DNA from: a virus | Virus record (IMG/VR): IMGVR_UViG_3300005253_000004 | Span: 55,471-119,470 of that record | Length of the DNA: 64,000 bases | Direction: 5' to 3' (one strand) | In this document: positions 54,197-64,000 of the stretch, one piece after another | Numbering within the stretch: the first letter of the stretch is position 1 | How the letters are laid out: every line of letters begins with the position of its first letter | Position numbers and translations under genes: made by a program | The notes under the pieces: generated by a model | Databases searched by the model: none | Seen by the model: only the letters and a program-made list of their open reading frames with translations | What the model was told of the DNA's origin: nothing

Positions 54197-54715
54197 ATGG
54201 CCTTCTACGTTGGCTCCTACCTGATCCTACAGGATTCGATAGATCTAAAACACGACTCTGATAATTGGGAGTTGCCGGATACGACCGCCCATCAAGGGCA
54301 CATGGGCCAGACATCCAACGTTGAAGAGCTGCTGATCAAACCAGAAGACATGGATCTACTCCCGACCCAGATCCAATTCGGGATAGATGAATGGAGCGCA
54401 GATGAGGGGTTTTCACCTGACCATGAGGCATTCAGACAATTCTATGTGCGAGACGAGGCATTCTACGTTCGAGGTTTTGTGCCGCGTGATTACTGGACGC
54501 CGACGTTTTACCCAGCCGGAAACTTCTACGTCAGAGGATTCACTCCTATCGACTACTGGACACCCATGTTCTACCCAGCAGGGAATTTCTACGTACGAAA
54601 CTTCGTTCCTACTGACCACTGGGTGCCAATGTTCTACCAAACCGGAAACTTCTACGTGAGAAACTTCACCCCTACAGATTTGTGGTCTGAGTTCTACCCG
54701 GCGGATTACTCGTAA
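54197..54715 (+). CDS. FY-rich repeat protein
   Basis: four 21-aa repeats FYVR(G/N)FxPxDxWxPxFYxxGN. Confidence 0.7.
   Translation: MAFYVGSYLILQDSIDLKHDSDNWELPDTTAHQGHMGQTSNVEELLIKPEDMDLLPTQIQFGIDEWSADEGFSPDHEAFRQFYVRDEAFYVRGFVPRDYWTPTFYPAGNFYVRGFTPIDYWTPMFYPAGNFYVRNFVPTDHWVPMFYQTGNFYVRNFTPTDLWSEFYPADYS
54461..54712 (+). repeat. 63-bp tandem repeat x4
   Basis: TTCTACGT at 54461, 54524, 54587, 54650. Confidence 0.85.
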
Positions 54716-57700
54716 TGGCAGGTAACGACACAACGACTTCTGTAGAATTCTACGCCCCTTGGCCCGACTTCGGTAGGGCACTTAACCAGCAATGGGGGGA
54801 GATACGCCACGACATGGCTGCGCTCGCTCCGCTCGTTCGGGGCGCAGGCCTTGACTCGGACGGCGACTTCTCTACTCTGGACGACGTAGAGAAGACAGCG
54901 TTACAGGCGTGGGAGCTGGGTGAAGACGGCTTCCATAACAAGATCCGGCACTTCTGGAACAAAGCCACCGACACCCTTGAGATCCAAGCCAACATCCCGC
55001 CTGGAACCGAGCAGGCCCCAAACTGGTACACTGTGTGGTCGGTTGGCGACGACGGACAAGTCACTCAGCAAACCACCCCCACTACTGCAAGCAACGTAGG
55101 CACCGGAGCAGACGTCTTCAAACAGAAGACTGGCGTGGACCTACAGTTTAGAACCATTAAGGCTACCGGCGTCCTGTCTGTAGCGGAGAACAGCCTCGAC
55201 CTCACCCTAACCAGTACTGCGGAAGCCAACACAGCTAGCAGCCTTGGGGGTGCTTCGCTGGTTGGTACGAAGGTTGGCGTGGATCTCCCGTTCAAGGGCC
55301 TCACGGCTGGGGACAACATGGAGCTTACAATCGGGGCTAACTCGATCACGTTGAAGTCCACGTCCCAGATCGTTGAGTTCTACGGCATTGTGGTTGCTCA
55401 TTCTGATGACAGTTACACAGCCCGGGGCACACACGTCCTTAAGGTCAATGTAGACCACTTCTACCTGACAGGTAGCGGGCGCTCTAACGAAACCCTCCTC
55501 AACCTCAGAGGAGAGATCTTCAACTCTGATCTCTACGTTGCTGTGGCAGGAGACACCATGACAGGTGCTCTCCTCCATCCTGACGGTTCTGCTGGTGCTC
55601 CTGCCGTATCCTTCTCAGGGGACACAAATACTGGTATTACTCGCCTAGCTTCTGACGATCTGGCGCTGGTGTCTGGTGGTGCTGCTGTCTTGCGTGCTCT
55701 CACTGACCGCGTGTACCTCCCTAAGAACCTCCAGATCCTGGCCGATGGTACCGCTGCTGCTCCTGACTTATTCTTCTTCCCTGATACTGATAGCGGTATC
55801 TATCAGGAAGGCGTGGATAGTGTCGCTTTTACTACAGGCGGTAAACAAGCCGGGTACTTCGACTCCTCTCAAAACCTACATGTATTTAATGATCTTAGGT
55901 CTAGTAGAGTAGAAGCGGGGGTTGGTAACTTTTATACATCGTTGATTGTAGGTAGCACTGCTACTCTGAAGTACGATGGTAATCTTCTTATAGATCCGCA
56001 GGGCTTAGGAGGCAGCGGTTACACTGATTTCACGGGTGGGATCTTTGTAGCCGAGGATGAAACCTCATTCAGTAGGTTCGGCGGCGATCCGACGGGCCTC
56101 AACCCAAGCGACACGCAAGACACACTGGCCGCACGCATGGTTCGGTCTACTACGGGTAGTGGTTCGAGACGCGCTGGACTATTCGTTATGGATCTCGACT
56201 GGACCGGGACCAATGCTGGCGGTCTAAACATGGGTGTGAATGGTCTGGTCTATACCGACGTAACCACCGACGCTGGTAACACAAAGACAACCGCATTCGG
56301 CGGCGGCGTTGGCGGCAGATACGCTTTTCGACATCTGAGTTCTGGTTTGTTCTCGATGGCGGGTGGAATCTCATCGATGGCAGCAATCACTGGTGCCGAT
56401 GAAGAGGGGACAATCACAGACGCCTACGCCTTTCTCAGTGAGGGTGGGGATGGCGGTGCCGCCTCTGGCGAAATTACCAACTACTATGGATTCTGGCACA
56501 AGGGGTCCGGTGGGAATGTTGTCAATGAGTTCGCCATCTACATCGAGGATATGGGTAACGCGAACCTAGGCGACGCTGCCCCCATCAAGATTGACCAACA
56601 AACCGGGCCGGGTGGCGCGGCGATCTGGTTGTCGGCAGATAATGCGACCCCGAGCGGAGTAGCAAACGGCATCGCGTGGGGAAGCAATCAGCAGATTAAT
56701 ATCTATCCCAGCAGCGGCGATCTGACTACGGACGGCAACTTCTTACTGACCTCTGCCTCAGAGCTGCGGTTCAGGCAAGCCACTACCGGCATCTATTCCC
56801 AGGCCAGCGACTTCCTAGACCTCTTTGCTTCCGGGGCCGTCCGAATCGGCAACAGCGACGGACAAGCGCCGACCACCTATTTATCTGTCGAACCTGACGG
56901 TGACGTTATCTGGACCACCGCTGCTGGAACTAGCAAGATATCCCTCCGGTCGGACAAGTTCTTGCTTATGGATGGCGTCTTGGGCTTAGACGGGGGGGTA
57001 CTCTACTTCACCGAAACCACCACCCCGACGCCCATCGGCAACGCGGGTGCCATTTACACCAAGGCCAACAATGAACTCTTCTTCCAAGACGGCGCGGGCG
57101 CGGAGCACAGCGTCGCCCTCCTCGACTCAATCTCGCAGTTTTATGCTGTGACGTTTAGAGAGTCGGGCCCTGGGCGTGTGTTGCAGTCGGATACTGTCAC
57201 GTTCGATACTGCTGGCTTCTACGTTTCTATAGGCGGTGATGGTAAACCTTTGGTTTCCCCACAGGGTACTATCATCCGGACTGATACACATGAGGGTATT
57301 TATAATCTGATACATCTAAATGATGGTGGGTTGGGGGACGATGAAGCATTAGGAATGACCGTATCTTCGGATGGCGCTACAATCACACTTACTATCACAA
57401 ACACAGCCCCAGGTAAAGCGGCAACCGATCCGCTAGAACTTCAGTTTGAAGGACAGAACTACACATATACTCCTAGCGGTGGTGCAGAGACTCTTACTCT
57501 GAGTGCTGGTTCCGCTACAGTTCCGGTTGAGAACTTTGTTGTTTTTGAACTTAGCGGCGGGGTGCCTTTTCTTGCTACTTCTGCCACAGACTGGCCTAGT
57601 GACACCTTGGGCGAACACCACGGTAGAGTCTGCTCGGTTGTTGTTCAAGACGCGGCGAGCGTTCAGACCCACGGTGCTCTAAAGATACATGCGTGGACAG

Positions 57701-59394
57701 ACCATATTGAAGAAGTACACGGAGCCGGTTCCGGAGAACGAGGGGAGCGGGGGCACCTCCACTCAATCGCTGAACGCCTTCGAAACGAGCCTGCGGTTTG
57801 GCGTAGTGGCTCTGCTATTACCGTTGACAACAGCGGTACAACCAACCCACTGTACGTGCATATCACCAGCGGAACCGGGTACCAAATGCACCGGCACTCT
57901 AGCCCTGCGCTAGACACAGACGCCTCTGATAGCATCTGGGTAGTAAACGACGACACCACCCCGTATCGCAAGATTGATAGTCTAGATGATGTAACTCGAT
58001 ATGCTACTGGTGGAGACGGAGCAATTGGAGTTTCAGCGAAGCTAACTGTTGTTCTTTGGATGGTTGTCAATGAGAACTCAAGCGATACAAAGCTCTTCCT
58101 TAATGTCCCAACCGGAGGTTACAACACAGTATCAGCAGCCCAAACGGACTCTTCTAATAAAAGAGTACACAATATTCCTCAGGCGTATGTTGGAACGTCT
58201 ATTCTTTTGTATGAGCTTGTGCTTAGTAGATCTGGTGGCGGTAGTACTTGGACTGTTGAAGATACTATTGACTTGCGCGGCGTCCCTGGCGTAGCTGTTG
58301 GCGGTGGTGGGGCAGCCACTACTGGTGAGGTTAATACAGCCAGCAACGTGGGTGCTGGTGCTGGGGTGTTCGCCCAGAAGAACTCCATTGACTTAGAATT
58401 CAAATCCCTCAAGAGCCAGGACTCTACTATCTCTGTGACCAACGACGCCGATGAGATCTTTATTGGAGCTACGGGGTCGTTCTACACTAACGTCACTGTA
58501 GAAGGTACCGGGAAGGTTGGGATTGGTACAAATAATCCACAAAGTAAATTACATATTATCGACGCAACTGAAGCTAGTATTTCTTTACTGGAAGATGAAT
58601 CTTCAGGAGCAGACGTTTGGTACGACGGTGCAAATAACCTATTTAAGATTAGCACAGGTACTGGCGGTGCTGGAAACCAAACGGATCGTTTCTCAATACA
58701 AAGAGATACGGGTAACGTCGGGATTGGAACGACTACTCCTCAAAGAGGTTTTCATTACGAAGGGATATTTCTAAAGGTTGATAGGATAAATAGTGACCCA
58801 CATTTTGAGATAGGATTCCAAGGAAACCCAGGAACAAATACTATACTGGGAAGAATGAAGTTTGGTGAATCTGTTAGTGGCGCAACAACTTTTAACGTAA
58901 GAGCGACAATGGAGGCAATAACAAGTCCCACTAATTCAGATTTAGGAGAATTGTTATTTAAGACTGGATCCGGTCCACTCGAAGCGGGGCGCTTCGACGC
59001 AGATCGAAACCTCCACGTCCTCAACGACGTCAAGGCTAGTAGGGTAGAAGCAGGCCACGGTAGCTTTTACACTGCGTTGAACGTGGACGGACCAATTACT
59101 GTTGACGGAGGTGCTGCGAAGTTAACTGTTGGTGATAGTGAAACCGGAAACGATAGTATTATCTCTTACTATGATGATGGTGCCCTCGCTTGGACTGTTG
59201 GGTTCGATAATACTGCTACTGAATTTGTCATCACCAGTGGTGCTATGGATGGAACTAATAATGAGATCAATCTTGCACCGGATAAGATTGGATTCTTTAA
59301 TACCGCGCCGATAGCTAAACAAACAGGTGTTGGTGTGGATGCAGCTTCCATACATGCTGCGCTTGTAGCTTTGGGGTTAATAAGTGGACCGTAA
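54715..59394 (+). CDS. large tail fibre / virion appendage protein
   Basis: 1559 aa, Gly/Thr-rich; TASNVG..VF.QK..DL.F modules, DGxAxAP repeats, GNVGIGT motifs. Confidence 0.75.
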   Translation: MAGNDTTTSVEFYAPWPDFGRALNQQWGEIRHDMAALAPLVRGAGLDSDGDFSTLDDVEKTALQAWELGEDGFHNKIRHFWNKATDTLEIQANIPPGTEQAPNWYTVWSVGDDGQVTQQTTPTTASNVGTGADVFKQKTGVDLQFRTIKATGVLSVAENSLDLTLTSTAEANTASSLGGASLVGTKVGVDLPFKGLTAGDNMELTIGANSITLKSTSQIVEFYGIVVAHSDDSYTARGTHVLKVNVDHFYLTGSGRSNETLLNLRGEIFNSDLYVAVAGDTMTGALLHPDGSAGAPAVSFSGDTNTGITRLASDDLALVSGGAAVLRALTDRVYLPKNLQILADGTAAAPDLFFFPDTDSGIYQEGVDSVAFTTGGKQAGYFDSSQNLHVFNDLRSSRVEAGVGNFYTSLIVGSTATLKYDGNLLIDPQGLGGSGYTDFTGGIFVAEDETSFSRFGGDPTGLNPSDTQDTLAARMVRSTTGSGSRRAGLFVMDLDWTGTNAGGLNMGVNGLVYTDVTTDAGNTKTTAFGGGVGGRYAFRHLSSGLFSMAGGISSMAAITGADEEGTITDAYAFLSEGGDGGAASGEITNYYGFWHKGSGGNVVNEFAIYIEDMGNANLGDAAPIKIDQQTGPGGAAIWLSADNATPSGVANGIAWGSNQQINIYPSSGDLTTDGNFLLTSASELRFRQATTGIYSQASDFLDLFASGAVRIGNSDGQAPTTYLSVEPDGDVIWTTAAGTSKISLRSDKFLLMDGVLGLDGGVLYFTETTTPTPIGNAGAIYTKANNELFFQDGAGAEHSVALLDSISQFYAVTFRESGPGRVLQSDTVTFDTAGFYVSIGGDGKPLVSPQGTIIRTDTHEGIYNLIHLNDGGLGDDEALGMTVSSDGATITLTITNTAPGKAATDPLELQFEGQNYTYTPSGGAETLTLSAGSATVPVENFVVFELSGGVPFLATSATDWPSDTLGEHHGRVCSVVVQDAASVQTHGALKIHAWTDHIEEVHGAGSGERGERGHLHSIAERLRNEPAVWRSGSAITVDNSGTTNPLYVHITSGTGYQMHRHSSPALDTDASDSIWVVNDDTTPYRKIDSLDDVTRYATGGDGAIGVSAKLTVVLWMVVNENSSDTKLFLNVPTGGYNTVSAAQTDSSNKRVHNIPQAYVGTSILLYELVLSRSGGGSTWTVEDTIDLRGVPGVAVGGGGAATTGEVNTASNVGAGAGVFAQKNSIDLEFKSLKSQDSTISVTNDADEIFIGATGSFYTNVTVEGTGKVGIGTNNPQSKLHIIDATEASISLLEDESSGADVWYDGANNLFKISTGTGGAGNQTDRFSIQRDTGNVGIGTTTPQRGFHYEGIFLKVDRINSDPHFEIGFQGNPGTNTILGRMKFGESVSGATTFNVRATMEAITSPTNSDLGELLFKTGSGPLEAGRFDADRNLHVLNDVKASRVEAGHGSFYTALNVDGPITVDGGAAKLTVGDSETGNDSIISYYDDGALAWTVGFDNTATEFVITSGAMDGTNNEINLAPDKIGFFNTAPIAKQTGVGVDAASIHAALVALGLISGP

Positions 59395-59403
59395 GGAGAG
59401 GCT

Positions 59404-59814
59404 ATGCCTAGAATAACAGACATAATCAATAAAGCAAACCCATTAATAACATGGAAGATTTATTATCACGACCCAAATTCTAAAGATTACTACTCCACGT
59501 TTTCTAATTTAGACGGAACAGCAGAGCAAGCTCCGGTTAACGGCGTGATCGTGATTCAACAACCCATAGAAAACGGCAGGGGTATTGATCAAGTTACAAA
59601 TGGGGACTACTACGCATTAGACGAAGAGAATAAGTGGATTGGTATGGATGTGTTGGGGCTACAAGATCGTATAGATAATAACATTCCGTTTACTGCACTC
59701 AAAGAAGGGCGGTGGATAAATCTTGAACGCTTTTGGGATATTTTGTATTTGGCGGGCGATGACAAAGATTTTGTAAGTGAGCCAGAAGGAAGAATATCTA
59801 GGATTCCTAAATAG
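59404..59814 (+). CDS. hypothetical protein
   Basis: WKIYY...GDYY, AAGGAG SD. Confidence 0.65.
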   Translation: MPRITDIINKANPLITWKIYYHDPNSKDYYSTFSNLDGTAEQAPVNGVIVIQQPIENGRGIDQVTNGDYYALDEENKWIGMDVLGLQDRIDNNIPFTALKEGRWINLERFWDILYLAGDDKDFVSEPEGRISRIPK

Positions 59815-59826
59815 GAGTAATTAGTT

Positions 59827-60450
59827 ATGGCTGGTGGTGGTCCTGGGATACAAGGTCAAATTGGATTTAGAGGAAGAGAAGATACTGTTGTAGAGGGCTC
59901 GGATACTACTTGGTTTGCACCGACCAATACTAATTGGACGGCCCCTGCTCTTGATACAAACTTTAGAGTAAGGTTTGAGATAGAAGTACAGTCACTTACT
60001 AACAATTGGGACACTGGGCAATTTACATTGTGGTATTCACATAATAGTGGTTCATTTACACAAGTTACAACTACTACTTCTTCTGTAATCAAAAGTGTGT
60101 CTTCTAGTGTAGCGGGTTATGATGATGACGATGATACAACTCAATTAATAGGAAGCGGGTTCTTTAAAATAGATAATAATCAGGTTAATGAAGGTGATAA
60201 CTTTACTTCTTCTTTTACATGGCTGATAGCAGACGGCACCCCTCAGTATACAGAAACAGAATGGGTGTTACAGTTTATTAGCGCCGACCTTAAGAGTGGC
60301 GATACCGTTGAGTTAAGAATACGAAGGTTTGGGGGAGCTGTTTTCGGCGGTGGCTACGCACAGTTCCCAGTCATCTCTATACAAGACCCGCAAGTAGAAA
60401 TAAGAGGAAAAGAAGTAATAATCAACGGGAAAGAAATAGCTATCAAATGA
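59827..60450 (+). CDS. putative virion structural protein
   Basis: beta-rich, NTNW..DTNFRVRF, TETEW. Confidence 0.6.
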   Translation: MAGGGPGIQGQIGFRGREDTVVEGSDTTWFAPTNTNWTAPALDTNFRVRFEIEVQSLTNNWDTGQFTLWYSHNSGSFTQVTTTTSSVIKSVSSSVAGYDDDDDTTQLIGSGFFKIDNNQVNEGDNFTSSFTWLIADGTPQYTETEWVLQFISADLKSGDTVELRIRRFGGAVFGGGYAQFPVISIQDPQVEIRGKEVIINGKEIAIK

Positions 60451-60460
60451 GGAGAGAAGC

Positions 60461-61098
60461 ATGGCAAGAACAGAAACATACAGAAAAGACGCGAATGGGG
60501 ACGTCTTAGTCAGGCGTGTGCATACACAAGAAGATATTCATGGGGTTACTTTCACTGTACGGGACACAGAAGAACCAATTAATAAAAAAGCATTACGCCG
60601 TCTTAAGGAAGCACTCAAGACTATTCGTGAAGAGCTACAAGAACTACAAGAAGAAAAAACAATACTTGTAGACAACATAGCAAAAATAGAAACCGCAAGA
60701 GACAGCTAAGGAGGGAGTCATGGTAACAAATGAAGAGCTAGGTAAAGCAATGCGATGGGTTATCCGAGGGTTGACCGAAGACAAGGTTGATACCAACAAC
60801 GTCCAAGCAGTAGTGACGTGGATGATCGAAAACCCAATGCCAGTGAAAGAGGTGTGGTTGGCGGAAACCGAAGAGAAAGACGAGCAGGATAGGCTTGCTC
60901 ATATCGAAGCACTCAAAGCAGAAATCGTTAAACTAGAGGGAGGTCTCGTCAATGTTTGATTTGAAGGAACTACAGCAACTGAGCTATTTCCTCACCAGGG
61001 CACAGCTCAACGGCAACGAGAGCATCGCTCACGCCACGCTCCTCGTCAAGCTTCAACGGCTGATCGAGAAGGCAGCCTCCCCGGAGGAGCAAGAGTAG
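60461..61098 (+). CDS. three short coiled-coil ORFs (60461-60709, 60720-60959, 60952-61098), possible fibre chaperones
   Basis: SD-led short ORFs downstream of fibre genes. Confidence 0.5.
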
Positions 61099-61107
61099 CC
61101 CCAACGC

Positions 61108-61136
61108 GTGCAAAAGATTGAGGAAATTCCTATAAT
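61108..61136 (+). promoter_or_regulatory. class B promoter upstream of portal operon
   Basis: GTGCAA-17-TATAAT within TTCCTATAATTAAG. Confidence 0.75.
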
Positions 61137-61161
61137 TAAGTAGACTACAAGGAGGACAACT

Positions 61162-61419
61162 ATGTCTGACGGACAAGCGACCATGGATAAGTGGGGCCGT
61201 AAGATGGAACGTCGAGAAGACGAGGGCCGAAAAGCCAAGCAGAGTCTGAAAGCAGCTATCTCTGCGGCTATGAAGGATCCTGACACTCACACCAATATCA
61301 CAAATCAACTCAAGAAAGCCCGCCTAGGCGGCGAGCCAATGAAACAGCGCGCAGGGTTCGGGGATGACGGTGAGATCATCACCGGGAAGCCTGAGGACAG
61401 CCCCTGGCTGAGAGACTAA
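61162..61419 (+). CDS. hypothetical protein
   Basis: 85 aa, AAGGAGG SD. Confidence 0.65.
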   Translation: MSDGQATMDKWGRKMERREDEGRKAKQSLKAAISAAMKDPDTHTNITNQLKKARLGGEPMKQRAGFGDDGEIITGKPEDSPWLRD

Positions 61420-61422
61420 TCA

Positions 61423-61800
61423 GTGCGAGGTAAACGGGATATTGAGAGGGAGCTGATACACGCGGAGGCGAAGATAGAGTCTCTACAAACTCTACTGGAA
61501 TCGGCACAGACCGATAGACAAGAGTTGAAGTCTCAAGTCACCAAACTTCAGGATGCCCTGGTTGCAGCCAGGGCCCCTGAGGCGTACCGTGACCAACAGA
61601 TAGCGAAGGAAGAAGAGAACCGTACCCCTAGGGATCAAGCGCAGATTGATAAAAATCGACTGATTCAGAAGACTACAGAAGGGTACATGCATGCGCTGGA
61701 GAGGCCTATGGATGTGGATGATCTAGATGCTCTCCTAGCTAGGAGTTCGATGCACGATATAAAAGGACCTCCTAGTCTACACGGGAACGATGAAAGCTAA
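61423..61800 (+). CDS. coiled-coil hypothetical protein
   Basis: 125 aa, stop overlaps portal start. Confidence 0.6.
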   Translation: MRGKRDIERELIHAEAKIESLQTLLESAQTDRQELKSQVTKLQDALVAARAPEAYRDQQIAKEEENRTPRDQAQIDKNRLIQKTTEGYMHALERPMDVDDLDALLARSSMHDIKGPPSLHGNDES

Positions 61801-64000
61801 TGGCTGATTCAAAAGCTACAGGCGCTGCTAATTCACAATGGATAAAAGGCAAGCTCCATACCCTAGACGCGATCCCTCAGGGGGATCCGAAGGTAGGGCT
61901 CGCCATAGCGGCCTACGCAGACGCAGTGAATACCAACCGGAATAGCCACCTCTGGGTGCGAGCTGTCCAATGGGTAGAGAACTTTCTCTTTTCTCTAGGG
62001 CGTCACTACATGGATGATATCCTCGTATCTCGACTAACCAATGACGCAGACTCAGGCCAACAGTCTGTAGTGCGGGAAGCGGCAAATAGCATCCCGAAGC
62101 CCGTCAACGATCTGTTGGGACGTTACGTCGAAACGAATATAGCCCTGCTGACAGAGAACAAGCCGATACCTCGGATTGACTCAAAATCAGGGAGAGCCGA
62201 GGATGAGGACGCAGCGCAGCTATCAGAACTGACCATGGAGTATATGTGGGAAGCCCTGGATCTGCCTGAGAAGCACAGAGAGATAGCCAGGATCATCCTC
62301 CACTGCGGTGTTTGCTGGCTGGAGGTGATCTACGACGAGACTCATGTCAGGCGGATGACGGTTCCGGAGACTGAAACCTCTGAATCCTCAACCGTACCGG
62401 GAGTGGGGGCCGGTCCTATCCAGCTACCCGTACCCAGAGAGACAGAGATCCATGACGAGCGCGGGAGACCCATCTACACGGATAAGGTAGAGTATGGGGA
62501 CATCGTTGCTACTATCGTGAGTCCTTTCGAGATGCACCTTCCTCAAGTCCATTGGTGGAACGGGGAAGATATGGGCTGGGTGATGCGCGAGTATTACACA
62601 GACATGGACATGTTAGAGGATCGATTCAAGGCACCGGGTCTGAAGCTGCACAAGAAAGATGGCTGGTACCTTGATCGATTGAAGAAAGCACAGACGGCCA
62701 ACACTCAGAACCTCCCGATCTGGTGGTGGGAGCGGATCGCTAACATGGTCGAAGGATCAGGCCCCTCGCTGTATGTAGGCACCTCTGAGACCTGGGACGG
62801 CTACACAACAGTCCGGATCTTCGATAGGAAGCCGAACGCGAAGTGGCCTCGTGGCAGGACAATAATGACGGCTGGAGATCAGGTGATCTATGATTCTCCA
62901 AAGAAGCGAGGAGCACGCGCATATGACCCTCGCTGGCCTGACCGATGGCATCCTTATGTCCGGTATCGCTGGGAGGCGATGGCTGGTAGTATCAATGGTA
63001 GATCGCTGGTGTGTAAGCTCCTTCCGAAGTTGAAGAGGGTGAACGCGATTGACACCACGATGATCATGTGGCGGCGTACAGTTCCGATGTCTGCGTGGGT
63101 TATTCCGAAGGGGTCTCAACCCGTCGAGGACCAGTGGCTTGGAGTCCCTGGTCAGATCTGGGAGTACGACCCACGGAGAACTGCGGGTGCTGCACCCGAA
63201 CCTATTTATCCGCCGCCCTACCCGGCTGCGGCTGAGCAAGAGCGCCAGCAACAGATTCAGGAGATGGAAGCTATCGCTGGTACGGAAGAGATTTTGAGAG
63301 GTCAACGCCCCACCGGTGTCAACTCGGCCGCAATGATCGATATCCTGCGGAAACAGGCACTGGCTGGGCGTTCCTCTATTCTACAAGAGTGGGATGAAGC
63401 CTTGCAGAAGGAAGGCTCGATCATACTCCAAGAAGTGATCAAGCACATTCGGAACGACGATAGGTACGCAGAGAGACTAAGGATTCTGGCGCGTGACAAG
63501 TCCAGCACTCTAGCTATCCGTAGCTTCAGTGGAGCGGACCTCACGGACAACGTCATTGTCCACATCGACACGGCCTCCATGGCGCTGTCGAGCAAGGAAG
63601 CGAAGCAGGCTAAGGCTATCGAATTGATCCAGTACTCAGCCGGTCTACAAGGGCTGCCACCTGGATTGCAGGCGAAGATCCTTGAGGAGATGGGCTACGA
63701 AGACGCTTTCATCCCGCAGGGTGCAGACGTGTCACGCGGTAAACGCATCATGGCCTGGATCCGACAGGAGGCATACGAGATGATCGTCCCGATGCCTGAG
63801 GACGACCCGTTCATCTTGTACGGTATGTTCGTCGAGGAAATGAAGTCAGATGGTTTCCATAACCTCAACGAGGAGCAGCAGTTGATACTCTTGTCGTTGG
63901 TGGACCTATACAAGCAAATGGCTGAAGAACGACAGCAAGAAATCATGCAGATACAGATGATGCAAGCAGAAATGGCTAGAGGCGGCGGTGGTGGCGGAGG
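61800..64000 (+). CDS. portal protein (P22-like), truncated by window edge; absent from ORF track
   Basis: ATG 61800, in frame with the end; N.L..YVE..IA, EDEDAAQL, VSPFEMH, G.SL..KL, GQRPTGVNSAAMI, Q-rich tail. Confidence 0.8.
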   Translation, partial: MADSKATGAANSQWIKGKLHTLDAIPQGDPKVGLAIAAYADAVNTNRNSHLWVRAVQWVENFLFSLGRHYMDDILVSRLTNDADSGQQSVVREAANSIPKPVNDLLGRYVETNIALLTENKPIPRIDSKSGRAEDEDAAQLSELTMEYMWEALDLPEKHREIARIILHCGVCWLEVIYDETHVRRMTVPETETSESSTVPGVGAGPIQLPVPRETEIHDERGRPIYTDKVEYGDIVATIVSPFEMHLPQVHWWNGEDMGWVMREYYTDMDMLEDRFKAPGLKLHKKDGWYLDRLKKAQTANTQNLPIWWWERIANMVEGSGPSLYVGTSETWDGYTTVRIFDRKPNAKWPRGRTIMTAGDQVIYDSPKKRGARAYDPRWPDRWHPYVRYRWEAMAGSINGRSLVCKLLPKLKRVNAIDTTMIMWRRTVPMSAWVIPKGSQPVEDQWLGVPGQIWEYDPRRTAGAAPEPIYPPPYPAAAEQERQQQIQEMEAIAGTEEILRGQRPTGVNSAAMIDILRKQALAGRSSILQEWDEALQKEGSIILQEVIKHIRNDDRYAERLRILARDKSSTLAIRSFSGADLTDNVIVHIDTASMALSSKEAKQAKAIELIQYSAGLQGLPPGLQAKILEEMGYEDAFIPQGADVSRGKRIMAWIRQEAYEMIVPMPEDDPFILYGMFVEEMKSDGFHNLNEEQQLILLSLVDLYKQMAEERQQEIMQIQMMQAEMARGGGGGG

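Noticed and set aside
1-64000. Stop-codon reassignment explaining the many short ORFs
   Set aside because: Core genes are full length in the standard code, all three stops are used, and the short ORFs have their own SDs and complete repeated domain architecture

Overview
A 64-kb internal segment of a large tailed dsDNA phage genome, read with the standard genetic code and densely coded. No rRNA, tRNA or CRISPR array was seen. 1-34254 is almost entirely minus-strand. It holds DNA/RNA metabolism genes (DnaB-type helicase, RtcB, ATP-dependent DNA ligase, SF2 helicase, sigma70-like factor, MoxR AAA+/VWA pair), an early-type operon of tiny genes punctuated by repeated RNA hairpins (about 21.4-28.8 kb), a 550-bp non-coding gap, and a tandem array of small Zn-finger genes. 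34300-49657 is plus-strand: M15 peptidase/lysis-like genes, an apparently fused TerS-TerL terminase, and a 13-gene methyl/sulfo/glycosyl/acetyl-transferase cluster. 49696-53482 is a minus-strand block ending in a tyrosine recombinase. 53604-64000 holds virion genes (1559-aa fibre-like protein, portal). The most striking signal is a family of about 32 paralogous 70-140 aa proteins with the scaffold GxW...HxC(or HxH)...CxxCxxxxP[DEK][EGS][ILM]x[GA]...W and hypervariable loops: 15 in one array and 17 wedged between core genes. Other notable signals are a repeated two-state RNA hairpin element and a TTGCAA-N17-TATAAT promoter family, including one palindromic -35 shared by two divergent promoters. 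All calls come from motif reading by eye; no database search was run.
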